NCBI GenBank assembly: GCA_934122275.1
Contig: CAKOWI010000007.1
Location: 2,466-66,465, forward strand
Source: an uncultured Bacilli bacterium
GTDB taxonomy: Bacteria > Bacillota_I > Bacilli_A > RF39 > UBA660
Direction: 5' to 3'
Length of the DNA: 64,000 bases
Both the position numbers and the translations under genes were made by a program. Below, piece by piece: positions 48,454 to 57,937 of this stretch (position 1 is its first letter; every line of letters starts with the position of its first letter). Under the pieces are notes generated by a model. The model did not search any database. It was not told where the DNA came from and saw only the letters and a list, made by a program, of their open reading frames with translations.

Positions 48454-48756
48454 CTATAATATTTTGATATTTTTACTATAATCTTTTTCTAGTTCTTTTA
48501 ACATATCTATCATGTTAATAAAGACCTTATTGATAATTTCATTTTGTTTTAAGACTTGTACACTTAAAAGTCCAGATTTTTCTTCATATTTAACAGAATC
48601 CTTGTCAAATTTAATAGCTAAATTAATACTTGTAATAGCTATCGAACTTACTGAGGCACAAACTATATCTTTACCATAATCATCATAATTTGCATGACCT
48701 GATATCTTAAAACTATCTATAAAATTATCTTTGTAATTCACTTTTATTTTGATCAT
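48454..48756 (-). CDS. prp: Ribosomal-processing cysteine protease Prp
   Basis: About 100 aa, located between rplU and rpmA, with SGHA..G.DIVCASVS motifs. Confidence 0.85.
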   Translation of the reverse strand: MIKIKVNYKDNFIDSFKISGHANYDDYGKDIVCASVSSIAITSINLAIKFDKDSVKYEEKSGLLSVQVLKQNEIINKVFINMIDMLKELEKDYSKNIKIL

Positions 48757-48766
48757 AAATCACCAA

Positions 48767-49066
48767 TTAAGCATTAATTTTAGAAATTGTAAGCTTAGTA
48801 TATGGTTGACGATGACCTTGTTTCTTATGTGAACTTTTCTTTTGTAAATACTTGAAAATAACTATTTTCTTATTTTTACCATGTTTTTCAACTTTAGCTT
48901 CAACTGTAGCACCATTAACATATGGAGTACCAACCTTGTTACCAGCCATTATAACTTTATCAAAAGTATAAGTTTTACCAGCTTCTACGTCTAATTTTTC
49001 AACATAAATAACTGATCCTTCTTCTACAAGGTATTGTTTACCACCAGTTTCAATAACTGCTTTCAT
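48767..49066 (-). CDS. rplU: 50S ribosomal protein L21
   Basis: [20 protein letters not shown]. Confidence 0.95.
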   Translation of the reverse strand: MKAVIETGGKQYLVEEGSVIYVEKLDVEAGKTYTFDKVIMAGNKVGTPYVNGATVEAKVEKHGKNKKIVIFKYLQKKSSHKKQGHRQPYTKLTISKINA

Positions 49067-49170
49067 ATATAATTCCTCCTTCTTTAAAACTTAGACTCAC
49101 CATTAAGGTACATATTTGTTTAATTTAAACCTTCTCTGTGTGGTTGAAGAACAAGAAGTTCATTCAAACG
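49067..49170 (-). promoter_or_regulatory. 5' leader of the rplU operon (probable L21-type ribosomal-protein leader)
   Basis: About 100-nt untranslated leader between a good promoter and the rplU RBS. The position is typical of the Firmicute L21 leader. The structure was not verified. Confidence 0.45.
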
Positions 49171-49175
49171 TTACA

Positions 49176-49204
49176 ATTTTATCACACAATTGAGTTTTAG
49201 TCAA
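49176..49204 (-). promoter_or_regulatory. Sigma-A promoter of rplU-prp-rpmA
   Basis: TTGACT, 17 nt spacer, TAAAAT with an upstream TG. Confidence 0.6.
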
Positions 49205-49293
49205 ATAATTATTTCATAGTTGTTATTTAAACTTTTTAGCCTTGTTAATTCTAATGATAATCCTACATAAAAAAGATTAACTCACAGCTAATC

Positions 49294-49851
49294 TCAATTT
49301 GTATTCTTTAATTCTTCTAAGAACTTATCTTTTAATTCTGGATATATATCATAAAATTTATTTATATTAAATCCATTTTTATACCATCTTAATACTTTAG
49401 GAATCAAATCACTATTGTCTAATGGAACAAAATTAGGTCTATTTGGATACAAATATAATTTTATCAAGCCCTCTTTATCTAATTTTATTAGCTCATCATA
49501 TACATTTTCTATACATTCAAAGGATATAACTTTTTCATCTCTTTCACTTACCACTTCTGCAGACCAACCGGTTTGATTTTCTTTAAAATTAGATGCATCT
49601 AATTTGTAAATATACCCTGAACAATTAAATATGTTTTTAAACATACCAGGTTTTCTTTCTACTAATTCTACTGGATAGTTTTTTCCATTACCGGATAATG
49701 AGTAAAATAAATCACTATGCATTGGTGATAAGAAAATTGCCGCGATTGCTTTTGAATGACATGCATATACCCAGTCTTTCATATGAGTACTTTTATGTTT
49801 TTTTATTACTTTTAAGTTAGGAACACTACTTCCATGATATACATAATTCAT
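49294..49851 (-). CDS. Hypothetical cytoplasmic protein (185 aa)
   Basis: No confident family. N-terminal VYHGSS, central SGYIYKL, and WSAEVVS. Confidence 0.5.
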   Translation of the reverse strand: MNYVYHGSSVPNLKVIKKHKSTHMKDWVYACHSKAIAAIFLSPMHSDLFYSLSGNGKNYPVELVERKPGMFKNIFNCSGYIYKLDASNFKENQTGWSAEVVSERDEKVISFECIENVYDELIKLDKEGLIKLYLYPNRPNFVPLDNSDLIPKVLRWYKNGFNINKFYDIYPELKDKFLEELKNTN

Positions 49852-49953
49852 ATTTATCTTTCCTTTATGTTTACATTAATTTCACCATGATTGTATCATA
49901 TTAATAATGATAACAAAAGTATTTTAGCAGATTTTAATTTAATTTCAAAAATA

Positions 49954-50772
49954 TTATCTCACACAATAATAACCAAACTTCTTAGATAAAGTACTTTTTT
50001 CACTATGATACATATTTTTAATAAAAAAATAATTTTTCTTTTGTCTTCTCATTTTATTAATGTCTCCATCTTTTATGTAATAAGACTTTAAAGTATTTAC
50101 TGGATATGTATATCTTTCAAATAAAAACTTATTAAATAAAAATGGTGTATCATATATAGACATTAAAACTTTTGATATTATAAAGCATACAATCAACACA
50201 TAACTATATTCTAACTTTAATCTTAATACTATGAAAATAAATACAAATATAAAAATAGTAATTACAGAAACTAAATTTGATAATATTAAAGATTTTTTAT
50301 ATGAAAAAAACATATTTAAAAATATATTTAATATTTTAGAGCCATCTAGTGGAATTATTGGTAATAAGTTAAATATAAGAATCGAATAATGATATTTTTT
50401 GAACATTAAAAAGGTATTTGAATCAATTATACTTTTACTAAATAATATATATATAAGTAAAAATAATATACTTTGCATAATAATACCTGATAATGCAACT
50501 ATTAGTTCTTCTTTAAAGGGTTTATCAATAACATCATCATAAGTAATAAAGCCTCCACACATTGTAATATCTACTTTCTTTATTCTCCATTTATATTTAA
50601 CTGACATTATTATATGACCTAATTCATGCACTATAATTATTGTAAATAAACTAAATATTTCCCAAAATAAACCAGATATTAAAGATAGAAATATAACTAA
50701 TATAAAAGTATATGAAAAATTTATCTTACTACAAATATTTTTCATATGATAAATATTTATCTTTCTTTTCAA
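49954..50772 (-). CDS. spoIVFB: Site-2 (M50) intramembrane metalloprotease, SpoIVFB-like
   Basis: HELGH in a TM helix, FNLLPIIPLDGSK, and a C-terminal CBS-like tail. Lies downstream of mreCD as in Bacillus. Confidence 0.8.
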   Translation of the reverse strand: MKRKINIYHMKNICSKINFSYTFILVIFLSLISGLFWEIFSLFTIIIVHELGHIIMSVKYKWRIKKVDITMCGGFITYDDVIDKPFKEELIVALSGIIMQSILFLLIYILFSKSIIDSNTFLMFKKYHYSILIFNLLPIIPLDGSKILNIFLNMFFSYKKSLILSNLVSVITIFIFVFIFIVLRLKLEYSYVLIVCFIISKVLMSIYDTPFLFNKFLFERYTYPVNTLKSYYIKDGDINKMRRQKKNYFFIKNMYHSEKSTLSKKFGYYCVR

Positions 50773-51319
50773 ATATTAAGTACACTTTTTTACTACATCT
50801 TCCTAGTATTTCACCTTTTTCAACGTAGTCGTACAATTTAACGTTTAAATCATTTAAATATCCATAAGTAATATTTAACCCGTTTTTATCTTGAATCTTA
50901 ATTATATTATTATATTTATCGTCCTTTTTTGTTTCTATTACTATTCCAGATTTTAAAGATTGAAGAGCATAATCATCACTAACAGTTAATGTATATCCAT
51001 TACCTTCTTTTTCTATCTTTTCGTAGCTTATTTTATCAGAAGATGCTAACTTTACATTATTTTTAAAAATATTTTTAAATGGAACAACATCTCCCAAGTA
51101 GTCTTTATATATTCCATAAATTTTAGCGAAAGAAATAGAATTTTTATATACTATTTTTTTAATTATTTCCTTGTTTTTATCACTTTTCTTAACAAATATC
51201 AAAGAAACTAAAAATATAACAGCAACTATTAAAGTTTTTATAAAAAAACCATGTAATATTTTTAAAAAACCACTTAATTCCTTTTTTTCTTTTTTCTTAC
51301 TATTAAAAGATTCATACAT
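50729..51319 (-). CDS. SpoIVFA-like membrane protein with a degenerate LytM/M23 domain
   Basis: One TM helix plus a C-terminal G.V......Y.N.I.I...NGL...YG.L....V...D.V..G..LG pattern. Overlaps spoIVFB. Confidence 0.5.
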   Translation of the reverse strand: MYESFNSKKKEKKELSGFLKILHGFFIKTLIVAVIFLVSLIFVKKSDKNKEIIKKIVYKNSISFAKIYGIYKDYLGDVVPFKNIFKNNVKLASSDKISYEKIEKEGNGYTLTVSDDYALQSLKSGIVIETKKDDKYNNIIKIQDKNGLNITYGYLNDLNVKLYDYVEKGEILGRCSKKVYLIFEKKDKYLSYEKYL

Positions 51320-51332
51320 TTATATCACCTAT

Positions 51333-51836
51333 TTAAAAGTATGAAGTTTTTTTGATAGTATTACAATATACATTATTTATTCCAATAAATGATATATATA
51401 ATACAATAAAGTAAATAACATTTAAAATAATACTGTTTTTAAGTTTATATAAGATCATACTATAGTTATAATTATTATATAAAAAAGTAAATAATATAAT
51501 TACTAAACTATAAATAAAGCATGATAAAACGTATATTATTAATGCCTTTATAAAATTATTATTTTTATTTAAAAAGATTCTAACAATATAATTTAATGAT
51601 ATAAAAATAAATGCATGAAGAAAAATAAAATCAGTATTAACTAAATCATATATTATTCCAAATATAAATATTAATATATAACTATTTTTATTATCTTTAA
51701 GCAAATATATAGAAATTATTAAGGCTGATAATGAAAATAACGGTATAAAGTTTTTTAAAGTGATAGATAATATTACGTCTGTAATAATTGATACTATGTA
51801 TATAAAACAAGATATTATCATACTACTTATCTCCAA
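51333..51836 (-). CDS. mreD: Rod shape-determining protein MreD
   Basis: Multi-pass, 167 aa, overlapping the mreC 3' end. Confidence 0.6.
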   Translation of the reverse strand: MEISSMIISCFIYIVSIITDVILSITLKNFIPLFSLSALIISIYLLKDNKNSYILIFIFGIIYDLVNTDFIFLHAFIFISLNYIVRIFLNKNNNFIKALIIYVLSCFIYSLVIILFTFLYNNYNYSMILYKLKNSIILNVIYFIVLYISFIGINNVYCNTIKKTSYF

Positions 51837-52602
51837 CTACTACCACATAAAGAAGATCATCAAAATTATTATCAGACTTTAACCATACCGTTTTAGTAAG
51901 TCCATAGTTATCACTTTCTTGTTTAACTACTTTTCCTAAATATATTCCCTTGTAAGAATCATTATCATATCCAGATAACACAACTCTATTTCCTTTTTCT
52001 ATATTACTTTTTTGCATTATATCAGTTATTTTAAATAAATTATTCTTACTATCATAGCTACTTAATATTCCAGATATTAATCCATCACTACTTTCTATTA
52101 AAATAGATATCATATTACTATCTGATACATTAGTAATTAAATTAACCTCACTAATTAGTGAAGATGATTTTGAAATAAAACCTATAAGTCCATTTTCAGT
52201 TACAACAGGCATTTTCTTTTTTATATTATCTTTACTTCCTTTATCTATAGTTATTCTACCTGTTGCATCTTTTAAAATTTGATTTGATATTTTAGCTACT
52301 ACATAATTTTCATTTTTAAGTTTAATATCCATAGTTTTTCTTAATTCATCATTTTCTTTTTTTAAGTAATCATATTTAGTCTTATAGTATGTATCACTCT
52401 TCTTTCTAGAAGTATACATATTTTTAGTAATATAAGTACTAATAATCGATGAAAAACTCTTAAAACCACTTTCAACGTATAAAAATTTTCTTTTAGATAA
52501 AATAAGTGATGAACAAATAAAAAATAAGAATATTGATATAACAAATATCTTTATAACTAAGTTTTTATTTTTCTTTTTTTTACCATTTAATGACTTTTTC
52601 AT
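51823..52602 (-). CDS. mreC: Rod shape-determining protein MreC
   Basis: N-terminal TM helix, coiled coil (LKKENDELRK), then a beta-barrel region. Confidence 0.8.
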   Translation of the reverse strand: MKKSLNGKKKKNKNLVIKIFVISIFLFFICSSLILSKRKFLYVESGFKSFSSIISTYITKNMYTSRKKSDTYYKTKYDYLKKENDELRKTMDIKLKNENYVVAKISNQILKDATGRITIDKGSKDNIKKKMPVVTENGLIGFISKSSSLISEVNLITNVSDSNMISILIESSDGLISGILSSYDSKNNLFKITDIMQKSNIEKGNRVVLSGYDNDSYKGIYLGKVVKQESDNYGLTKTVWLKSDNNFDDLLYVVVVGDK

Positions 52603-53299
52603 GTTTTCTATCTCCTAACATATCATTTTCATAAAAACTAAAGTAATTATTATCACCTATTATTATATGATCTTGAATTATAATTCCTTGCATTTTACCT
52701 ATATTAACTAAAGTATTTGTAATATAAATATCTTCATCAGAAGGTATTACGTTTCCTGATGGATGATTATGAACACATATAATACTTGCTGCTGAACATA
52801 AATATGCAGCTTTAAAAATTTCTCTTGGATGTACTAGACTTTTATTTAAAGTTCCCTTAAATAAAAGTTTTTTATCTATTAATTTTTTATTTTGGTTTAA
52901 GTATATACAGTAAAAATATTCTTGTTTTTTATTTTTTAATTCAGCACCAAAATAATCAAATATCTTTTTTGCACTATTTAACTTCAAATTATTTTCAAGA
53001 GGTTTAGATTCAAATACTCTCTTGCCTAGTTCTAGTGCTGCTAAAAGCTCTACTGCTTTTACAGCTCCTATTCCATTTATATTAATGAGTTTTCCTATCG
53101 TTATATTACTTAATTCTGTTACATCATTAACTAGTTTTAAGATTTCTGTTGCTAGATATTTAGAAGAAAAATCTCTTGTTCCTGTTTTTAAAATTATCGC
53201 TAATAAATCTTCTGTTGATAGACTTTCAGCTCCGTATTTAATTAATCTTTCTCTAGGTCTTTCTTCTTTTGGTATTTCTCTTATTAAAACACTATTCAT
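52580..53299 (-). CDS. radC: RadC-family JAB/MPN domain protein
   Basis: IREIPKEERPRERL, HhH region, HNHPSG. Start at ATG 53299. Confidence 0.9.
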   Translation of the reverse strand: MNSVLIREIPKEERPRERLIKYGAESLSTEDLLAIILKTGTRDFSSKYLATEILKLVNDVTELSNITIGKLININGIGAVKAVELLAALELGKRVFESKPLENNLKLNSAKKIFDYFGAELKNKKQEYFYCIYLNQNKKLIDKKLLFKGTLNKSLVHPREIFKAAYLCSAASIICVHNHPSGNVIPSDEDIYITNTLVNIGKMQGIIIQDHIIIGDNNYFSFYENDMLGDRKHEKVIKW

Positions 53300-53750
53300 T
53301 TTCAGCCACCAAGTCACTATAACATGCTAATATTTGTCTTTCTATTATCATAAGTGCATTCTCATCTTCAGCAGCCTTAAGTAATTTTTCATATTCATTT
53401 AAATTTCCTATAAATTCCTCATTATCTACTAAAACCTTTTCTATACTAGTTTTAATACCCTTTTTATCATATATATCTTTAAATTTAGTTGCACTTTCTC
53501 TACTTGCAAAAATACCTATATATGCAGTAACTTTATTTTCACTTTCTATATAAATGTATTTATCTACATTAGTTATTTTTTCTGTCATATCATCTAAATT
53601 TTTATAAGTACCATATTTAAGCATGTATACCCTATCATTAGTATTTATAACCTTTTGAATATCAACTTTTTCATACCTATCAAACATTATTTTTGCTAAA
53701 ACTGCACCAGATAATAAGGCTATTATTATCCAAGTAATTGTTCTTTTCAT
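53292..53750 (-). CDS. Membrane-anchored protein, possibly with a SPOR-like domain
   Basis: TM helix plus YMLKYGTYKNLDDM..AYIGIFASRESATKF. Weak call. Confidence 0.35.
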   Translation of the reverse strand: MKRTITWIIIALLSGAVLAKIMFDRYEKVDIQKVINTNDRVYMLKYGTYKNLDDMTEKITNVDKYIYIESENKVTAYIGIFASRESATKFKDIYDKKGIKTSIEKVLVDNEEFIGNLNEYEKLLKAAEDENALMIIERQILACYSDLVAENE

Positions 53751-53814
53751 TTTTATCACCCGTATACATATTAAGCGATATTATTTAAAAAAAAGCTCGA
53801 AAAAAAGGAAGTTT

Positions 53815-54678
53815 TTAAACTTCCATCTTTTTTACCATAGCATTATTATATTTACTATTTAAATATTCATTATATTGTCTTATTATATAACCATTTTCTT
53901 CTGTTTTATAGTTAAATATATCATCTTTTTTAGAAATCCACCAATCATACATTAAAGCACCTGTAGAAAACCTTAAATCACTTTCTGGATCAAATTTAGA
54001 GAAGTCTTCACTATTCATAAACTCTTCTTTTAATTTTCTTAAATCACAATAAGTCATATACTGCTGCCATATTTCTATATCTATTGGTGAGTCAGAACTT
54101 CTAAGTTTTTCTTTATTAGAATAAAACCATAAAGACATTAAAGTGCCATCATCAAATTTTAATTTATAACTATAGTGAAACTTTTTCAAATCAAATTCCT
54201 TATGAAAATGCATTTTATATCTATGGTTATTAATTATTTTTTGTTGTCTTAAATTCTGTAAATACATTTTATACTGATTTATTATTTCAATACATACTTT
54301 GCTTCTACTTTCAAGAATGTATCTTTTATTTTTAATAAACCATTCATTCATATTAATACCTTTTTCAAAACATAATTTACTACCATTTTTAAACTTATCA
54401 TCATTTTTACACAAATAGAACTCTTCAGCTAATATATTTTTATCAGATATATATATATTATTAAACGTAGTTTTATTTTTTCCATTATCTATAAATCTTT
54501 CATACTCTTTTTTTACTTTTCTACACAACTCATTATCTGAAGAAAATATATTATCTTTATTTTTTCTAAACCAAATACTAACTAAAGTACCATCATCAAA
54601 AGTAAGTCCACCAAATTTTCCGTATTTAGACAAACTCTTAATACTTATGAATTGATTTAGTTTATTATAATCAACCAC
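53815..54678 (-). CDS. Hypothetical protein built from four ~65-70-aa internal repeats
   Basis: Repeats share the pattern F(D/E/S)(D/K/T)G(T/I/A)L(V/M)..W(F/W)...K...(F/L).... Confidence 0.5.
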   Translation of the reverse strand: MVDYNKLNQFISIKSLSKYGKFGGLTFDDGTLVSIWFRKNKDNIFSSDNELCRKVKKEYERFIDNGKNKTTFNNIYISDKNILAEEFYLCKNDDKFKNGSKLCFEKGINMNEWFIKNKRYILESRSKVCIEIINQYKMYLQNLRQQKIINNHRYKMHFHKEFDLKKFHYSYKLKFDDGTLMSLWFYSNKEKLRSSDSPIDIEIWQQYMTYCDLRKLKEEFMNSEDFSKFDPESDLRFSTGALMYDWWISKKDDIFNYKTEENGYIIRQYNEYLNSKYNNAMVKKMEV

Positions 54679-54735
54679 TTAAACTCCTCCCAACGTAGGT
54701 ACTTATTATAAAATATATAAATATTTTGTCAATAG

Positions 54736-55737
54736 CTATATCAAATTATTTCTTTCAAAAACATCTACATTATTCTTAACATAAATATCAACTTTAGCAT
54801 CTTTAACTATCTTGCAAAAACACAAACCATTTATAACTATGTCTTTTCCACTTTTTAAATTAAAACTTTTTTTTGCTAAATTTCTTAATGTATTATTTGT
54901 ATTTAATGATATTCTATTTAAGTTTATATTATTAGATAAATATAGGGTAAAGCTATTACTGTGTTCACTTAAATAATCAATTCTAGCATAATTACCTATT
55001 AATATTGATTGTTTAGGTTTCATTTGATAAGTAATAGGCTTTATAGTAACTTTTGGAGATATTATTTTTATATCTTTATAATTTAAATCAGTTAAATAAT
55101 TATTGGTACTAACAATACCTGGTGTATCAATTAAAACCAAGTCATCATATACCTTAATTTCTATTAAATCAAGTGTAGTAGCAGGCATACTACTAGTTGT
55201 TATATCTCCTGGTAATAAACGTACATTTTTAATTATTTTATTAATTAAAGTGCTTTTACCAGAATTAGTATTACCTACTAAGTATACATAATTACTATTT
55301 CTATTTTTATATACTTTGTTTAATAATAAATCAATATTATAATTTTTAACTGCACTTACAAATATAATATCAACTATGTTTAGTTTATAATTATTAATTA
55401 TATAATTTTTTAATTTAAATTCTTTAACCGATTTAGGAAGTAAATCACACTTAGTAATAACTAATATAACTTTACAATTAAACTCATTAATTTTATTTAA
55501 AGACTCATCAAGGCTTAAAATATCACATAAAAAAAGTACTAAATCATCTTTCTTTTTTATCTCATCAAATAATTTTAAGTAATCTAAATAAGATTTATTA
55601 GCACTAATATATTCACCATAATTCTTAATTCTAAAGCATCTTTTACATATAGGATTATTTATATTACTAACATAACCCAATTCTTTTTCATCATGGTCTT
55701 GTAAGACAGCACCACAACCAATACACTTCTTAATCAT
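54736..55737 (-). CDS. yqeH: Ribosome biogenesis GTPase YqeH
   Basis: N-terminal CIGCG..C.RC zinc finger plus a circularly permuted GTPase (TKCD.., GNTNSGKST). Confidence 0.85.
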   Translation of the reverse strand: MIKKCIGCGAVLQDHDEKELGYVSNINNPICKRCFRIKNYGEYISANKSYLDYLKLFDEIKKKDDLVLFLCDILSLDESLNKINEFNCKVILVITKCDLLPKSVKEFKLKNYIINNYKLNIVDIIFVSAVKNYNIDLLLNKVYKNRNSNYVYLVGNTNSGKSTLINKIIKNVRLLPGDITTSSMPATTLDLIEIKVYDDLVLIDTPGIVSTNNYLTDLNYKDIKIISPKVTIKPITYQMKPKQSILIGNYARIDYLSEHSNSFTLYLSNNINLNRISLNTNNTLRNLAKKSFNLKSGKDIVINGLCFCKIVKDAKVDIYVKNNVDVFERNNLI

Positions 55738-56251
55738 AATATTTTCCTCTTATAAGTATGTTTTTTCTTTCAAAATATTCAAATAACATTTTTTCTATCT
55801 TTCTATTAAGCCATGTTTCTTTTTCATCTATTTCACTTATAGGATTAACCAAAATAGTAGTAATTTGGGCCTTATTTCCACCTTGAATATCAGTAAGCAA
55901 TTGGTCTCCTATCGCTGCTACCTCGTAATTTTTATATTTATACTTTTTTAGTATATATCTATATTTATAAGTAAATGGCTTTAGTGATAAACAAGCTATA
56001 TCAACATCATAAAAATCACCAAACTTTTTTATTCTCTTTGGAAAATTATTTGAAAAAAGTATTATTTTAAAATCTTTCTTTAATTTATCAATAAGTTTCT
56101 TAGTTTTATTACATAAAACTACTTCTTTAGCAGGTGATATAGTGTTATCTAAATCAAATAATATACATTTAATTTTATTTTTCTTTAGTTTATTATAATC
56201 TATTTTAAATATACTTTCTTGATAAATATCTGGTATAAATCTTTTAATCAC
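55730..56251 (-). CDS. yqeG: YqeG-family HAD-IIIA phosphatase
   Basis: FDLDNT and GDQLLTDI motifs. Confidence 0.85.
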   Translation of the reverse strand: MIKRFIPDIYQESIFKIDYNKLKKNKIKCILFDLDNTISPAKEVVLCNKTKKLIDKLKKDFKIILFSNNFPKRIKKFGDFYDVDIACLSLKPFTYKYRYILKKYKYKNYEVAAIGDQLLTDIQGGNKAQITTILVNPISEIDEKETWLNRKIEKMLFEYFERKNILIRGKYYD

Positions 56252-57132
56252 TTTGTCACCTCCTTATTAAAACTAATTTTATTATTAATTTCAATTCTTC
56301 TTTTTCTAATTTCACTATTCATATATTCATCTTTAGTCATTAAATATGAATATTTTTTTTCATATTCTCCGTTTTCATCAAATATGTTATTTAATTCTAT
56401 AGTTTTCTTTAGTACTCTAAATGCAATATAAAATAATATTATTACAATTAATAGTAAAGGAATTACTTCAAACATAAATACTTGAAAAGATGTAGTTAAC
56501 TTAAATGATCCTAAAAAACTCATTAGATTATTATAAATTCCATGCATTAATGAAGGTATTATTACCGCTAACAAAAAATTAACATACTTTTTATTGTCAT
56601 CTTTAGAGAAACTACCTAAAGATATAAAGTATCCAATTACGATACCACATATTACATGTAAAGGTATAGTAGTTAAATCCCTAATTAAAGCTAAACTTAT
56701 ACTATCTGATACAGTACTTTCAGAAAATGCATAAATTAAATTTTCTAATCCTGCAAAAGAAAGTGCTATAAGCATCATATAAACTACACCATCATATATA
56801 TCATCATAATATTTATTATCAAATATAAATAAATAGAAAATAGCTATTTTTGATAATTCTTCAATCATAGCCCATATAAACGTTAGAACTACATTACTTT
56901 TAAAATAAGGCATAGTCATAGATTCAAAAAATTGTGCTAAAGAAATTGTTAAAATACCAGATAATAAACATATTACAATATTTTTTTTAGGTTCACTGCT
57001 TTTTTTATCAGATTTAAGGGTAAATATAACTAGCATAATAGTTGGAACAAGTGCAAATAAAGTTACTAATAATCTTTCGTATATGAAATACTGGTTATTA
57101 AATAAATTAAAATCAAAACTAAATTTAAGCAT
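56248..57132 (-). CDS. prsW: PrsW-family intramembrane metalloprotease
   Basis: EELSK and HGIYN motifs, multi-pass membrane protein. Confidence 0.75.
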   Translation of the reverse strand: MLKFSFDFNLFNNQYFIYERLLVTLFALVPTIMLVIFTLKSDKKSSEPKKNIVICLLSGILTISLAQFFESMTMPYFKSNVVLTFIWAMIEELSKIAIFYLFIFDNKYYDDIYDGVVYMMLIALSFAGLENLIYAFSESTVSDSISLALIRDLTTIPLHVICGIVIGYFISLGSFSKDDNKKYVNFLLAVIIPSLMHGIYNNLMSFLGSFKLTTSFQVFMFEVIPLLLIVIILFYIAFRVLKKTIELNNIFDENGEYEKKYSYLMTKDEYMNSEIRKRRIEINNKISFNKEVTK

Positions 57133-57233
57133 ACTATACTCCGCCCTTCATAATTATATATAACAGAATCATTATAACATGTTTTTTAAATAATTGTTTA
57201 TAAAAAACATAATATTAACTAGGAGTGATTTAT

Positions 57234-57926
57234 TTGTTATTAAGTATTATAAGTCAAATACTTAAAGGTATTATATTAGGAACTGGTAGCTATGGCAGTA
57301 AAACCTTTCCAGAACCTTTATCAAAAGAGGAAGAAGACTTACTTATAAAAGAAATGTTAAATGGTAATAAAAATGCTAGAAATAAACTTATTGAACATAA
57401 TTTAAGGTTAGTTGCACACATAGTAAAAAAATATGAAAATAGCAAGGAAGATGTTGATGATTTAATTAGTATTGGTACTATTGGATTAATTAAAGGAATC
57501 GATACATTCTCAAATAAAAATGGAGCTAAATTAACTACTTATGCTGCAAGATGTGTAGAAAACGAAATATTAATGTTTTATAGAAGTGATAAAAAAAACT
57601 CAAAGAATATTAGTATAAATGAATCTGTAGGTTTTGATAAAGATGGTAATGAAATATCTTTTTTAGATATATTAAAAACACCAAACCCAGATTATGTAAG
57701 TGATATAGCTTTACAAGATGATATAAAATCTTTATATAAATATATTGAAAATTTATCAAGTAGAGAAAAAGAAATATTAATTAAAAGATATGGATTATAT
57801 AATCATAAAGAAATGACCCAAAAAGAAATTGCAGGTAAACTTAAGATAAGTAGAAGCTACGTATCTAGAATTGAAAAAAGAGCTTTAACTAAAATACTTA
57901 GAGATTTCTTCAAAAATAAAAAGTAA
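57234..57926 (+). CDS. sigK: Mother-cell sigma factor pro-SigK (uninterrupted)
   Basis: Pro-sequence followed by FPEPLSKEEE..ARNKLIEHNLRLVAHIVKKYEN..DDLISIGTIGLIKGIDTF..TYAARCVENEILM, SigK-like rather than SigE-like. Probable TTG start 8 nt after AGGAG. Confidence 0.85.
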   Translation: MLLSIISQILKGIILGTGSYGSKTFPEPLSKEEEDLLIKEMLNGNKNARNKLIEHNLRLVAHIVKKYENSKEDVDDLISIGTIGLIKGIDTFSNKNGAKLTTYAARCVENEILMFYRSDKKNSKNISINESVGFDKDGNEISFLDILKTPNPDYVSDIALQDDIKSLYKYIENLSSREKEILIKRYGLYNHKEMTQKEIAGKLKISRSYVSRIEKRALTKILRDFFKNKK

Positions 57927-57937
57927 AACTTTTGGTT

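Noticed and set aside
57234-57926. Possible skin-type intervening element in sigK.
   Set aside because: The ORF is continuous through regions 2-4, and no recombinase is adjacent.
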